Shown piece by piece: positions 37,451 through 51,462 of a stretch of DNA of 64,000 nucleotides. A program made the position numbers and the translations under genes. Every line of letters begins with the position of its first letter. Positions within the stretch are counted from its first letter, which is position 1. This stretch comes from Eledone cirrhosa (lineage: Eukaryota): positions 48,794,001-48,858,000 of the forward strand of contig OZ024744.1 in NCBI GenBank assembly GCA_964016885.1, given 5' to 3'. The notes beneath the pieces are model-generated. The model made no database searches, had not been told where the DNA came from, and saw only the letters and a list, made by a program, of their open reading frames with translations.

Positions 37451-38933
37451 GCTCTTAGAAAACTAGGAGTAGATGAATGGCTTGTGAAAGCGGTACAAGC
37501 CATGTATAGGGGAGCAGTCAGCAAAGTTAGGATTGGCAATGAGTATAGCGAGGAATTTAGCGTACAGGTTGGGGTCCACCAGGGCTCTGTTCTTAGCCCT
37601 CTCCTGTTCATCATAGTCCTGCAGGCAATAACGGAGGAGTTTAAGACCGGATGCCCATGGGAACTCCTGTATGCTGATGACCTCGCACTCATAGCTGAAT
37701 CTATGGTAGAACTAGAGAATAAATTCCAAACCTGGAAGCAGGGACTAGAGAGAAAGGGCCTCAAAGTCAACATGACAAAGACTAAGGTCCTTATAAGTAG
37801 ACGAGAAAACAGAACCCAGATCCCCTCAGGGAAATGGCCTTGCTCAGTATGTAGGAAAGGTGTAGGTAGGAACTCCATTCTTTGCCCCAAATGCAAACAA
37901 TGGGTACACAAGAGATGTAGCGGGATCTCAGGAAGCTTAATTAAGAATGTAGGATTCACATGCAGCAGCTGTGCTGAAACAGCAAGCAAACAGCCACAGG
38001 AAACAAGTACCACCAATCTCTGGGAGGGCCCTGTAGAAACAGTAGACAGCTTCTGCTACCTAGGTGACCGAATTAGCAACGGAGGTGGGTGCTCAGAAAG
38101 TACAATAACTAGGGTAAGAACGGGATGGAAGAAGTTTAGGGAACTACTACCACTGCTAGCTGCAAAAGGCTTCTCCCTCAGAATGAAAGGCAGACTGTAT
38201 GATGCGTGTATCCGAACAGCGATGTTGCATGGTAGTGAGACCTGGGCGCTGAAGGTGGAAGACTTACGTAGATTAGAGAGAAACGAAGCCTGCATGCTCC
38301 GATGGATGTGTAACAGTAATATACGTGAACGACAAAGCATAATTGAATTGAGAGAGAGACTGAGCATAAGAGGAATCAAATGCTGCGTGCAGGAGAGGCG
38401 GTTACGCTGGTATGGACATGTGATGCGTATGAAGGATGACAGCTGCATAAAAAGGTGCAGAGCACTAGAAGTTGATGGAAACCGCGGAGTGGGGAGACCC
38501 AAGATGACTTGGGATGAGGTGATAAAAGCCGACCTTACCCAACTACACCTCTCAAAGTCAATGACACACGACCGTGACTTCTGGCGTCACGCAGTAATAC
38601 AGGGTACCCGACCTCCCATGGGTACATGCTGAAGCATATAAACAATATGCCCCCCCCCCCCACCGCAAGGTGGTCGTGGAGGTGCCACGGCAAAAAAGCA
38701 CCCAGCCCACACTGTAAAGTGGACGTGTAGGCGCCACGAAAAAGCACCCAGCACTCACTGTAAATGAGGTTGGTGTTAGGAAGGGCATCCAGCTGTAGAA
38801 ATCAAGCCAGATCAGTTCCTGTATGAGCAAGGCATGGTCAGCCGACCAGACACTGCCCACAACAGGACAACCCGTCTAACCCATGCTAGCGTGGAAGAAC
38901 GGACGTAAAACGGTGATGATGATGATGATGATG
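37451..38933 (+). mobile_element. RTE LINE subfamily C, 5'-truncated, ORF uninterrupted
   Basis: The 382-aa ORF at 37484-38632 contains GVHQGSVLSP, YADD, the PHD-like cluster, FCYLG and RLRWYGHV. A 3' UTR and (GAT)n tail follow. Confidence 0.95.
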
Positions 38934-39001
38934 AAGAAACATTTGATACCAAACTGCCTGAAACTACCTTTGTTTCTATGACACAATGTTGTTTGTTTTA
39001 A

Positions 39002-39614
39002 CCTTTTACCATTTAAACTGGCCATATTCGGCCAGAATTCTCTCATCGCTTTCTGTTCAAACTGGCCACTCATACTGATGTTAAGGTATTGTTCTCAAAA
39101 TAAATAATATTAGAATCTCATAGATTTGATATTATGTGAGATATTATGTGAGATAAAGCCTTTACCACGAAAATACAATAGTATCATCATCATCATCACC
39201 GTTTTACGTCCGTTCTTCCACGCTAACATGGGTTAGACGGGTTGTCCTGTTGTGGGCAGTGTCAGGTTGGCTGACTTGTCTTGCTCATACAGGAACTGAT
39301 TCTGGCTTGATTTCTACAGCTGGATGCCCTTTCTAACACCAACCTCATTTGCAGTGAGTGCTGGGTGCTTTTTTTCCGTGGCACCTACACGTCCACTTTA
39401 CAGTGTGGGCTGGGTGCTTTTTTGCCGTGGCACCTCCACGACCACTTTGCAGGGACCCCAGTCCTATCATCTCATTTCTACAGCTGAGTAAACTGGAGCA
39501 ATGTGAAATAAAGTATCTTGCTCAAGGAAACAACACATCATCCGATCCGAGTATTGAACTCACAACCTTTCAATTAAAAGCCCAATGCTCTAACCACCAA
39601 GCCATGCTAAAGGG
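39002..39614. mobile_element. piggyBac-type MITE interrupted by SINE-C (39184-39606, minus)
   Basis: TTAA|CCTTTTACCATTTAAACTGGCC ... ATGCTAAAGGG|TTAA. The termini match those of 62841-63102. Confidence 0.65.
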
Positions 39615-39894
39615 TTAAATTATTTATATTTATTTAAAATCATTCCATCATTTTATCTAAAAACTTTTGTTAAGTTATGCTCCAAATACCAACTCAAAAA
39701 TGAATAAGTTATAATTATTTTTATAATGATTTGAAAATCATTAGTAATGTCTTTCATTAGAAATATGGTCATACATAGATAGTATTGAAATAATTAATAA
39801 TTTTAAATCCAAAACTCTTCATTAATTAACTGAAATAGAGTGTATCTCATTAAAAATATGGTCACATATAAGGGTTAATTTCCTATTGTTATTG

Positions 39895-40398
39895 TTAGGT
39901 TGTGGTGGTGGTTGTTGTAGAGGTAATGATAGTGGTTGTGGTGGCTTTGGTGGTGATTGGTGGTAGTGGTGGTGGTGGTGGTGGTGACAGTGATGGTGTT
40001 GGTAGTGGTGGCTACGGGGGGGGTGTAAAGTGGGGGGGGGGGGGGGTAAAGTGATGGTGTTGGTAATGGTGATTATGGTGGTGGTTGTAATGATGGCGGC
40101 GGTGTGGTTGTAAAAAGACTCTTGTAGATGATGTTGTTGGTGATGATGGCCATGGTGGTTGTGATGCTAACTGTAATGGTGGTGCTGATGTTTGTTATTG
40201 TTGTAACAGCTGTTTTCCATGGTGATGGTGGGTAGTAAATGGTGGTAGTGGTTGTTGTAGCAGCTGTTTTTGGTGGTGGTGGTTGTGGTGGAGGGAGCAC
40301 ACTATTAATGTTGTGTGTAGCTCCTGGCAAAAGATTTTTGTAACTGCTGTTGTTTAGTGGTGTTGGTGTATGCTTGTGTGTTTGTGTGTATGTGAGAG

Positions 40399-40431
<33 letters not shown>

Positions 40432-40472
40432 TGAAGAGAGATAGATAGAAGACAGATAGATAGATAGAAGAC

Positions 40473-40563
<91 letters not shown>

Positions 40564-40713
40564 AGACAGATAGATAGATATAGGTAGATAAATAGATTGA
40601 TATATATATATATATATAGATAGATAGATTTCTTTATTAGTCACAATAGATAGATAGATAGACAGATAGATGGATATATAGATAGATAGATAGATAGATA
40701 GATAGATGGATAT

Positions 40714-40760
<47 letters not shown>

Positions 40761-41710
40761 AAAAGAGAGACAAATACAGATAGAACATGGTAGTGGTGAT
40801 GATGGTGGCAGTTGTGATAGTAATAATTGTTATTGTAACAGCTGTTGGTAGAGGTGGTGATTTGGCTGTTGTTGTTGGTGGTAGTGGTGGTGATGGTGAT
40901 GATGATGGTGGTGGTGGTGGTGATGGTGTTGGCTTGACTGCAGTTGAGGTATTGATGTTGGTATTGCTTGTAGTGATGATAGTGGTGGTGGTGGTAGTGG
41001 TTTGGCTGCTGTTGTGGTGTTGGTGAAGGTAGTGGTGGTGGTGGTGGTGGTATTGGTATTGGTGGTGTTGGTGGTGTTGGTTGTAGTGATAGTGGTGGTG
41101 GTCGTGGTAGTGTTTTGGCTGTTGTTGTGGTGTTGGTGAAGGTAGTGGTGATGATGGTGGTGATGGTGGTAGTGGTGGTGTTGGTTGTAGTGATAGTGGT
41201 GGTGGTGGTGGTGGTGGTGATGGTGGTGGTGGTAGTGTTGGTGGTGATGGTGGTGTTGGTGAAGGTAGCAGTGGTGGTGATGGTGGTAGTGGTGGAGTTG
41301 GTTGTAGTGATAGTGGTGGTTGTGATGGTGGTGGTGGTAGTGTTGGTGGTGGTGGTGTTGGTGAAGGTAGTGGTGGTGGTGATGATGGTGGTAGTGGTGG
41401 AGTTGGTTGCGGTGATAGTGATGGTGGTGATGGTGGTGGTGGTAGTGTTGGTGATCGTGGTGTTGGTGAAGATAGTGGTGGTGGTAATGTTGGTGATGAT
41501 GGTGTTGGTGAAGATAGTGGTGGTGGTGATGATGGTGGTGGTGGTATTTTGGTGATGGTGGTGTTGGTGAAGATAGTGGTGGTGGTGATGGTGGTAGTGG
41601 TGGAGTTGGTTGTGGGGATAGTGGTGGTGGTAGTGGAGGTGTTGGTGGTGGTGGCTTGGCTGCTGTGATGGTGTTGGTGACATGATGGTGATGTTAGAGG
41701 TGGTAATGGT
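39895..41710. repeat. (GGT/GAT)n low-complexity tract with an internal (GATA)n block
   Basis: Triplet-based degenerate repeats, with (GATA)n at about 40440-40750. Confidence 0.9.
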
Positions 41711-42123
41711 CCTGTTTTTATTGTCCTAACTTCTTGAATGCTGGGTTATAAAGAAAGAAAGAAAGAAAATATTAGGATCTGTTCTCTTTATTCCCTGCTG
41801 ATTGACTTAAATTGTTTTTTTTTTATCTCTAGTCCAGGGGTGTCTTTCTTCCATCTCTCCCTCCCCACACACCATCATCCCAACATCAGATGGGGTCACA
41901 CACTCACACACATACACACAATCTCACACACATACATACACTAGGATAAAGGCAGTCAAAAGACCACAAATTGAAGAGTCACAGACACACACACACACAC
42001 CCACCATATATATATACACATATATTCTATATATGTATATATATATATATATGCACATATATATATATACACATATTCTATATATATATATATATAAATA
42101 TACATATATAGAATATATGTGTG

Positions 42124-42167
<44 letters not shown>

Positions 42168-42265
42168 GTGTGTGTGTGTGTCTAGTAGAAGTAGCTATCC
42201 ACATTACTAGGTGGTTGTAGATAAGAGTCAGATGGGTAGCCTGCTATGGCACAAAAATTGACTGG

Positions 42266-42303
<38 letters not shown>

Positions 42304-42605
42304 ATACAAAAAAAAGCCAGAGCCATTGACAAAAACTTAAACTGCCTTGAGGGGAGGGGGTGTCTGTCAGGTTGCTGTGACAGAGTTTAATTGTTAAAGG
42401 GGAGGGCATAGTTGGTGTTGGTGTGGGGTCAAAACACAGACACAAAATGGGTGTGTGTTTGTGTGTATGTCTGTCTGAATATATTTACCATCATCATTAT
42501 CATCATCACCATTTAATGTCTATTTTCCATGCTTACATGGTTCTGACTGCATTCACATGAGGCGAAACTGATCAGATGACTAGTTCTTGTTGATACACTT
42601 TGTTT

Positions 42606-43322
42606 TGGCTTGGATTCCATGGCTGGATGCCTTTCTTAGTGCCAACACTTTACATTGTGGACTGGGAACATGGATTCCATGGCTGGATGCCTTTCCTAAT
42701 GCCAACACTTTACATTGTGGATTGGGAACATGGATTCCATGGCTGGATGCCTTTCCTAATGCCAACACTTTACATTGTGGACTGGGAACGTGGATTCCAT
42801 GGCTGGATGCCTTTCTTAATGCCAACACTTTACATTGTGGACTGGGAACGTGGATTCCATGGCTGGATGCCTTTCTTAATGCCAACACTTTACATTGTGG
42901 ACTGGGAACGTGGATTCCATGGCTGGATGCCTTTCCTAATGCCAACACTTTACATTGTGGACTGGGAACGTGGATTCCATGGCTGGATGCCTTTCCTAAT
43001 GCCAATACTTTACATTGTGGACTGGGAACATGGATTCTATGGCTGGATGCCTTTTCTAATGCCAACCACCTTACAGAGTGGACTGGGAACATGGATTCTA
43101 CGGCTGGATGCCTTTCTTAATGCCAACACTTTACATTGTGGACTGGGAACATGGATTCCATGGCTGGATGCCCTTCATAATGCCAACCACCTTACAGAAT
43201 GTATTGGGAACCTGGATTCTATGGCTGGATGCTCTTCGTAATGCCAACCATTTTACATCATGGACTTGGAACATGGATTCTATGGTTGGATGTCCTTCCT
43301 AATGCCAACCACTTTACAGTGT
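42606..43322. repeat. 60-bp tandem minisatellite (~12 units) derived from an RTE/SINE 3' UTR module
   Basis: Unit TGGATTCCATGGCTGGATGCCTTTCCTAATGCCAACACTTTACATTGTGGACTGGGAACA. Its core is the reverse complement of the tail module CACTGTAAA.TGGTTGGTGTTAGGAAGGGCATCCAGC. Confidence 0.95.
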
Positions 43323-43389
43323 GTAGTAGGAGCCTTTCTATTCTAATTCTGACATTACCACCTTACAAGATGGACTGGGTGCTTTTTGT

Positions 43390-43437
<48 letters not shown>

Positions 43438-43536
43438 TGTAAAATCCCAACCACGACGCCAAACAGTTTTGGCTTGTGTGTTCAGCAAACCTTTACTATA
43501 TATATTTGACTGTGGACAAGTGTATCACCATGCATT

Positions 43537-44450
43537 TTGGGAGTAAAAACCCTCCACAACACTAATATCAAGAAGTCTTCTTGTAAATGTGACCTGGGCA
43601 TTATTGTCAGCAGCGATTGGCATTGGGCAAAGCACGTCTCTAAAATTATCAAGAAGGCCGAGGGTGTCTTAGCATTACTCAGCAAAACCTTTGTCAGCCA
43701 CTCTCCAACTATCTATTTAAAGCTGTATGGTGCGACCACACTTAGAATTTTCATCACCAGTCTGGAATCCCTATCTTGCTCAGAACATTGACCGCCTGGA
43801 AACTGTTCAGAGACGTGCAACCAAGCAAATACCCTCCATCAGGCATCTACCATACTCTGAATGCCTTGCTTCCCTGGGCATGGATACATTGAAGCTCTGA
43901 CATCTGGCAACTCACATGGTAAACACCCACAAAATTATTAACCATCTTGCCAACAACAACCTTGAGTATCTTTTTGATTTCCATGTGTCTAACACACGTG
44001 GGCATGCCAACAAAGTCAGAAAACAGCACAGTTCCCATGACTTTCGGAAACATTTTTTCATGCTCAGAGTTGCTGAAGCATGGAACAAACTACCTGCATC
44101 AGTTGTTAGCTGTCGAGACACTGCATCCTTTAAAACCTCCATGCTTCCATACACAAGCACACATGTATTTCATGACTCTTCATTTTCTTGATATTTGTAC
44201 ATAATTCTATGTACTCTGCTTGCTATGACGCATTGAGTTACGGCCCTTGCCACTCTGTGTTCAAATCCCGCCGAGGTTAACTTTGCATTTCCTCCTTATG
44301 GGGTCGATAAAATAAAGTACCAGTAATGCACTGGGTAATTGCTGGCCTTGTGCCAATAGTAGAAACAATTATTCTATGTACTATACATACACCTTTGATG
44401 AGTTGTAGTACACCTGAGCACTGTACACAATAATTTCATTATCATTATCA
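43537..44450 (+). mobile_element. CR1-clade LINE 3' fragment with nested SINE-M (about 44225-44370)
   Basis: DLGIIVSSD, VRPHLEFSSPVWNP, LETVQRRATK, TRGHANK, FRKHFFMLRVAEAWNKLP and SFK are C-terminal CR1/L2-group motifs. A frameshift and a stop are present. Confidence 0.85.
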
Positions 44451-45520
44451 TATATGTGTGTGTGTAATATATATATATGTATATTATACATACATATTAT
44501 ATATATAATTAATATATATATAGTTAATAAATGACCTCAGTTTATAAGTGGTTATGTGTGACACAAACCAAAACTGCTTGGTGCCGTAGTTGGGTTTTTA
44601 CCTATTTCTATACCCACTCTGCAACTCCCCATGTATTGAGTAATTACATGATTAGTGGTCTCCCCGATTTCAACACTGCATACCCTATACAAACACACAC
44701 ACGGCCATAGAAAACCAGCCAGAAACTCTCCCGACCCAACTTGCCTCTAATTGGGACAAACCCATTTAACCCATGTTAACATGGAAGATAGTCGTTAATC
44801 AACAATGATGATGATGATGATATACAAAAATAATATAGAAATGGTTTCTTCAAGACTAAAACGGTTTCATTTCTATATATAATAAAGATGCCTAAACTCT
44901 ACCAACATATTGAGTACCTTTTTCTAAGTGTGGTCACCTGCCATTATACCCATCAAGAATCCACTCATAATTATATATATATAATATGTAGGTATAATAT
45001 ATATGTATATATACACACACATATATATATAGGTGTGTATATATATATATTACACACACACACATATATTATATATATGATTGCATGTTTGTATATATGT
45101 ATGTACAATATATGTATATATACGACTTTGTGATATTTCCTCCTTAGGAGACTTACTTCTACTAAATGTTATGTATGTTTTATGTATCTTAAAGTCTCTG
45201 ATGAAATAAATGAAATGAAGTTAATAAGTGTCAGGGAAATTTGGTTTAAGCCTGGTAACTAGTATATGGATTTACTGTGCTATATACTGGAATATTACTT
45301 TAAATGAAACTAACATTTAACTAACCTTATCTTTACTCTTTATCTCATTTGAAGAAACACTCTTGATTTTATTACTTGGAGTAACATTACTCAATAGAAT
45401 GCATAGTTCAGAGAACAGTGAGTTACTCCAGGCAGAGCCACTACTTCTCTGAATTGATAGAATACAACTCCGATACTATGGATACAAAAAAGCTTCTATT
45501 TCTAATTTCAAACTCACTCA

Positions 45521-45704
45521 CGGTGGTTTGGCATTATCAGTAGAGCGTCAGACACCATGCTTCGCAGCATAGTTATGGCCCTTTTACGTTCTGAGTTCAA
45601 ATCCCGCCAAGGTTAACTTTGTCTTTCATCCTTATGAGGTCGTTAAAATAAAGTAGCAGTGATGGACTGGGGTAATCACTCGTCTTGTGCCAAAAGTAGA
45701 AACT
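45521..45704 (+). mobile_element. SINE family M, near full length
   Basis: Head CGGTGGTTTGGCATTATCAGTAGAGCG, B box GAGTTCAAATCCC, then the central domain and tail. Confidence 0.8.
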
Positions 45705-45949
45705 CCATATATATAAATATATATATATATATGACAAGTAATATATATATATATATTATATCATCAATCATCATCATCCTCATCAACATTTAACGTCTAT
45801 CTTCCACACTAGCATGGGTTTTTGACAAGTAATATATACATATATATATATATGACTAGTAACATATATATAAAAAATGAGCGGAACAAGTAAACATTAA
45901 ACAATCCTTTAAATAAATTAAAATACAATTTAAATATTCACCTGTTCTA

Positions 45950-46035
45950 GTGTTGTGACCGACGGTTTCGCTTATCAAAAGATTGGAAATTCAGAGAATT
46001 TCCAATGGAAAGAATCAGCCCTTCAGACAGCTATT
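45950..46035 (-). ncRNA. Hammerhead-like motif with one core mismatch (CTGAAGG)
   Basis: Minus strand reads GCTGT-CTGAAGG-GCT...ATTGGAAATTC-TCT-GAATTTCCAAT...AGC-GAAA-CCGTCGG-TC^ACAAC. Confidence 0.5.
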
Positions 46036-46625
46036 TCCATACCACAGGGCACAAAGCCTTGTAGTAGTAAATATATCGCTTTCTGCCCGATGCATGAGGT
46101 CAGGCCGTTAAAGTGACCCACACATAAATAGGCTGTAAGAAAAAGCGGGATTATAGACTTATATATATATATATATGTGTGACAAGTAATATCATCATCA
46201 TTATCATTTTATGTCCGCTTGATGATGATGAAGTATATATATATATATGAAAATATATATATATATATAAAATATTGAGTTATAAACTCGAAATAGTCTT
46301 TTACAATTTCTGGATACCTGCGGAAGAGCACAGGAATATTCACTTAATTATTGAGAAACAAATTTAAAATTTGTCAACAGATTAAAAATTTGTCCAGGTA
46401 TCACGGCCAATGCCATTATAGGTTTGTTATTTTTATTGATTTATTATTTTAAATCGAGACAGGGAAACCATATTATGTTAAATTAGTATTTTTTCAACCT
46501 AGCTAACTTGGTCATTTGCAATCCGAACACTTCTATAATTGTATAGATGTTCATGCCTCATATATTCATTTGTATATATATGTATATGACAAGTGATATA
46601 TATGACAAGTAATATATATATATAT

Positions 46626-46875
46626 CAGGGGCGAAGGGTGCATGCATGTTCAATTGCGTCGGTTGAAGCAAGCAGAATTTTGGCTGCTTGCTAAATCGTA
46701 GACACATAAAAAGATAACACACACACATACACACACACTAGATAACACTCCATGCAGCTTTGACCGGGAGGGTCATTTAGAGGGAAATTGGGGGGGAGGT
46801 AAGGCTGCACAGCCCCACTTTCCGCCATGGCGATTGGACTGCATGCCCTGCTTTCCAGGTTACCCCTCGCCACTG
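46626..46875. mobile_element. 250-bp MITE with CAG(G/T)GGCG termini (hAT/PIF-like, superfamily uncertain)
   Basis: CAGGGGCGAAGGG ... CCCTCGCCACTG, plus a subterminal inverted match GCATGCATGTTCAATTGC / GCGATTGGACTGCATGC. It is inserted in (TA)n. Confidence 0.6.
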
Positions 46876-47401
46876 ATATATATATATATATGACAATATG
46901 CCCCTCTGGCTGTAAAGTGGTCATGTAGGTGTCACTACAAAAATCACCCTGTCCACACTATAAAGTGGTCGTGTAGGCACCACAGTAAAAAAGCACCCAG
47001 TACTCACTGTGAATGTGGTTGGTGTTAGGAAGGGCATCCAACTGTAGAAACCGACCCAAAATCAGTTCTGTATGAGCAAGACATGGTCACCTGACCTGGC
47101 ATTGCCCACAACAGGACAACCTGTCTAACCCATGCTAGCTTAGAAACATTGACGTAAAATGATGATGTTGATATATATCTGTCCCCCACCTCTGCAAGCA
47201 GGGAAAAGTGAACATAAAATGATGATGATGATGATGATGATGATGATATGTATAGTGGTAAAAAAAGCCCCAGGAGGTTATATCCATAGTAAATAGAGCA
47301 CTCAGTCCACAGGAGTTTGGTACAGAGTTAGATGGTTTGCTAATTTGTTGAGGAACTAACTCTCCCTCTCTCTCTATATATATATATGTGTGTGTATATA
47401 T

Positions 47402-47434
<33 letters not shown>

Positions 47435-47904
47435 AATACACTCATACACATACGCACATATATATATAGCACACACACACACACACAAGTACAGCAAGAC
47501 AAAGGCATCTTTAAAGGTACTGTTAGTTAATAGGATAGATTGGTAGATATTTATAATTTACAAGTGATCTCCTTTCCTTAAATGACCTGGCTGTGAGAAA
47601 GAAAGGGCACAGGAAATGGAGCCTAAAAGTCTATACAGAGTACCCTATATATCATCATCATCATTTAATAACACAGGTCTTTAAAGGGATACATACCTAT
47701 GTATGTCATCATGAAGCCTTACACCAGGGTCAAAGCTTTATCTAGTTTTAGTCACTACTAACCTTACATCTAACCCCAACCCCTTGAATTTTAACAGCAG
47801 GCATCTGTGACTGATTGTGATTATTATAGGGGTCAAATTCATTCATTTGGTTATATTATATGTGTGTTTATATATATACTCATATATACAAAATATGTGT
47901 CTGC

Positions 47905-48603
47905 ACGTGGATAAGAGTATATATAGCATAATCAATTCCGGTTTATATATTTTCTATATAATTTAGTCCGAATAAGAGTATAATGAATACGGTAAAGTAA
48001 ATTGGGCTTATAATGTAACATAACCATTTTAAAACAATTCAAAATGATAATAGAAGAGGAGGAAGAAGAAGATTATATTGAAACCGAATTAACTAGAAAG
48101 GTTAGTATGTATTATTTTTATATTTATAATATGAATGTGCATAGGTACCTAACATAACTTCAATCATTTATCAATATTTTAGATCTCTGGAAAAGAAGGA
48201 ATAAATGCTTTGTTGACTGTACGGTCCTATATGATGCAATCGTTTGAAAATTTTGAAAATTATACTCTGTCTGAGATCGAGGAATTGATGGAAAAAAGAT
48301 TGCGAGCAATCGAGTGCAAAAAAGCATTTTGGACTATTTTTAGGAAATAAAAATTGCATACCAATATGTTGAAATATTGCTTAATTTATCTATAATTTGC
48401 AATAATTCTTGTTGAATTTTTTGGTGTAACTTTCATTTTTTTTACTTATAAATGCATTTTAAACGATAATAAAGCGATTTGAAAGACTCAAAATAATCAT
48501 TGAAAGACTCAAAATAATAATACTATGGAATATTTTTACTTAGTCCGGTTAAGAGTATACTATTTTCCATTCCCGAGGGTATACTCTTAAGCGGACTCGA
48601 CTG
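47905..48603. mobile_element. Possible Tc1/pogo-type non-autonomous remnant
   Basis: Right end GTATACTCTTAAGCGGACTCGACTG|TA. The motif TAGTCCG..TAAGAGTATA recurs in the opposite orientation at 47964 and 48541. The left terminus is unclear. Confidence 0.45.
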
Positions 48604-49640
48604 TATATATATATTTATTCAATTGAAGAAAGCTGGTTGATGTAAAGCAATCCAGGTTTTTGTTTATCCCGGAGTTTTATAAACAAGAAAAACGGTTTCA
48701 ATTGTACATCCCTATTTATTTTGTTATACGTATTTCAAAGCCATATGGTAGTTGTTTTACAATTGCCTTACATGTTCTCTTCAGACAAAAATCCAAACGA
48801 GATGAAAAAAAATATCCATTAATATGTTACCAGTCATACGGTTTTTATTTTGTGGCTCTCCTTTGTTCTGTCCTACACCATCTTGTAGGACAGAACAAAG
48901 GAGACACACAAAATAAAAACCCAGTCACCGTATATATGAATGATATAGATATATACAAATGCATATATATATATGTGTGTGTTAGAGTGAAGACAATTTA
49001 AAATATATATATATATATATATAATGTATATACATACATATATATATATGTGTGTCTGTGTGTGTATATATGATGATTTCCTTCGAATGAAACAGTTCTA
49101 GTCTTATAGAAGCGATTTTTATATCAAATATATATACTCTACTATGTATTGAGTACCTTACTTACTGTTGTTACTCCCAATTGAATCTGGAATACACACA
49201 CACATACATACATATATATATATATACAAGTATGTATGATGCAGTGATATACATATAAAAAATCTTGGAAGGGCTAGCACCAAAGATTGAGGGCTGGTCA
49301 AACCCTGGAACAGGACATCACTGTGTAGTGCCAAATGCCCAATCTGCTACATCTACTTCAAGGACCAGTAACTACAATAGCCTGTGGTTAAAGAGACCCT
49401 GCCTCTGTAATATGCTGTCAAAAATCTGAGTGATCTACTAAGGATGAAAGCTGAGCCCACAGCAGGACAAGAAGTACAAAGAAGGGCCATACTGACAAGC
49501 CTCTTCATGCATGAATGGACAGCCAAGGAAGGACAACTATAGAGAATGAAGCAACAATGACATTGGCTCAACATAGCCCCAGTCGGTTGGTTGGAACAGG
49601 TAAAAAATAAAAGATACATACATATATACATATACACACA

Positions 49641-49676
<36 letters not shown>

Positions 49677-49884
49677 CACACACACACATATATATACATG
49701 CACACATATTTATACACACACATACATATATAAACATATATATATATATACGTGCACACACATATATAAATATATATGACATATGTGGTTTGCTCTACTT
49801 CCCCATTAATCTCTATGATTTATATATATATATTAACTTTGAGAGGTTTGGGACAGTATTAGCCTAAGACATGTCTAACTTAAT

Positions 49885-50073
49885 AACTGTTTCTACTTTA
49901 GGCACAAGGCCAGCAATTACGCAGTGCATTACTGGTACTTTATTTTATCGACCCCCGTAAGGATGAAAGGCAAAGTCAACCTCGGCGGGATTTGAACTCA
50001 GATAGTAAAGGGACATAACTATGCTGGAAAGCATGGTGTCCGACCCTCTACCGATACTGCCAATCCACCGCCC
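49885..50073 (-). mobile_element. SINE family M, full length
   Basis: Minus strand reads GGGCGGTGGATTGGCAGTATCGGTAGAGG...GAGTTCAAATCCCGCCGAGG...GTAGAAACAGTTA. Confidence 0.85.
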
Positions 50074-50781
50074 TTGTCTAACTTAATAACACCACCTAAA
50101 TATATATACATATCATCATTATCGTTCTCTGTCTATTTTTTCCATACTAGCATGGGTTATATATATAATGGCTATCACACACTATATTGACCTATCTTAT
50201 GATTTGGGCTGCCTGCTGCAGATGTGTTACATAAATATCTGCTGATAATATGTGACTTTCTGAACATTGCGGCTGTAATATCAGCATTTGAGAAGTTATG
50301 TTGCACAGAAACGATATCGTCCAGTAGTTGGGATTTTTACTTTTATCTCAACCAAAACACAGCCATAGTATCGGCTATTAACTAAATGTGTGCACTCTGA
50401 ACACCTGATTGCAGCTACATTACTGCAATTTGACAGATTCATTGAGTGAACTAGAGTTAATACCAGCGACCTTCATTACCTTTATTTTGTATCACATATA
50501 TATATATTAAAATAAGAGATTAAAGTTTAAGCAAAGAATCGCTGCTTTCACCCTTAATGGGATCTTCTGAAACTAAAAAAATCAATCTGTGGACGCAGAA
50601 GTAAATATTTCGAAAAACATTACAGCCGAAGAAAAACAGGAAGACGATACTTTGGTTCGTGAAGACGTTCTCTGGCAATGAACGGAAAAAAGGCAAGGAT
50701 AATTACATTGATATATGGAGCGATGAGAACAATTTGTTGCAAAGAGAAATACAAGTTTATGGTAGCGAGCTTTCTTCAGAT

Positions 50782-51462
50782 TTTGACAGTATCGGTAGAG
50801 GGTCGGACGCCATGTTTTGCAGCATAGAGTTACGGCCCTTTATGATCTGAGTTCAAATCCCACCGAGGTTAACTTTGCCTTTCATCCTTACGGGGTTGAT
50901 AAAGTAAAGTACCAGTAATGCACTGGGGTGATTGCTGGCCTTGTGCCAATAGTAGAAACAATTATAACAGGATCGGATGCCATGCTTTGCAGCAAAGAGT
51001 TACGGCTCTTTATGGTCTGCGTTCAAATCCTGCCGAGGTTAACTTTGCCTTTCATCCTTACGGGGTCGATAAAATAAAGTACCAGTAATACACTGGAATA
51101 ATTGCTGGCCTTGTGATATATATATAAATGGAGGCACATGGCTTAGTGGTTAGAGCATTGGCCTTGCGATCGAAAGGTTGTGAGTTCAATTCTCAGACCG
51201 GGTGATGTGTTGTGTCCTTGAGCAAGACACTTTATTTCACATTGCTCCAGTTTACTCAGCTGTAGAAATGAGGTGATAGGGACTGGGGTTCCTATCATTC
51301 CACTGTAAAGTGGTCGTGTAGGCGCCACAGAAAAAAAGCACCCAGCACTCACTGTAAATGAGGTTGGTGTTAGGAAGGGCATCCAGCTGTAGAAATCAAG
51401 CCAGAATCAGTTCCCGTCCCACCCTTGCAAGCAGGGAAAAGCGGACGTAAAATGATGATGAT
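50782..51462 (+). mobile_element. SINE cluster: two head-to-tail SINE-M copies, then a full SINE-C (51130-51462)
   Basis: SINE-M bodies lie at about 50782-50965 and 50970-51115. The SINE-C has A and B boxes, a CORE-like segment and an RTE-B-type terminus. Confidence 0.85.

Noticed and set aside
42606-43322. CRISPR-like array or repeat-protein gene (ORFs 42580-43241)
   Set aside because: The units are contiguous with no unique spacers, there are no cas genes, the context is eukaryotic, and the unit derives from a retroelement tail.
45190-45230. CTGATGAAATAAATGAAA as a hammerhead
   Set aside because: Stems I and II are not convincing, and such a match is expected by chance in AT-rich DNA.
51130-51200. 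tRNA genes at SINE heads (also 16860-16930, 45521, 50073)
   Set aside because: A and B boxes are present, but the sequence runs into SINE core and tail and I cannot draw a full cloverleaf.
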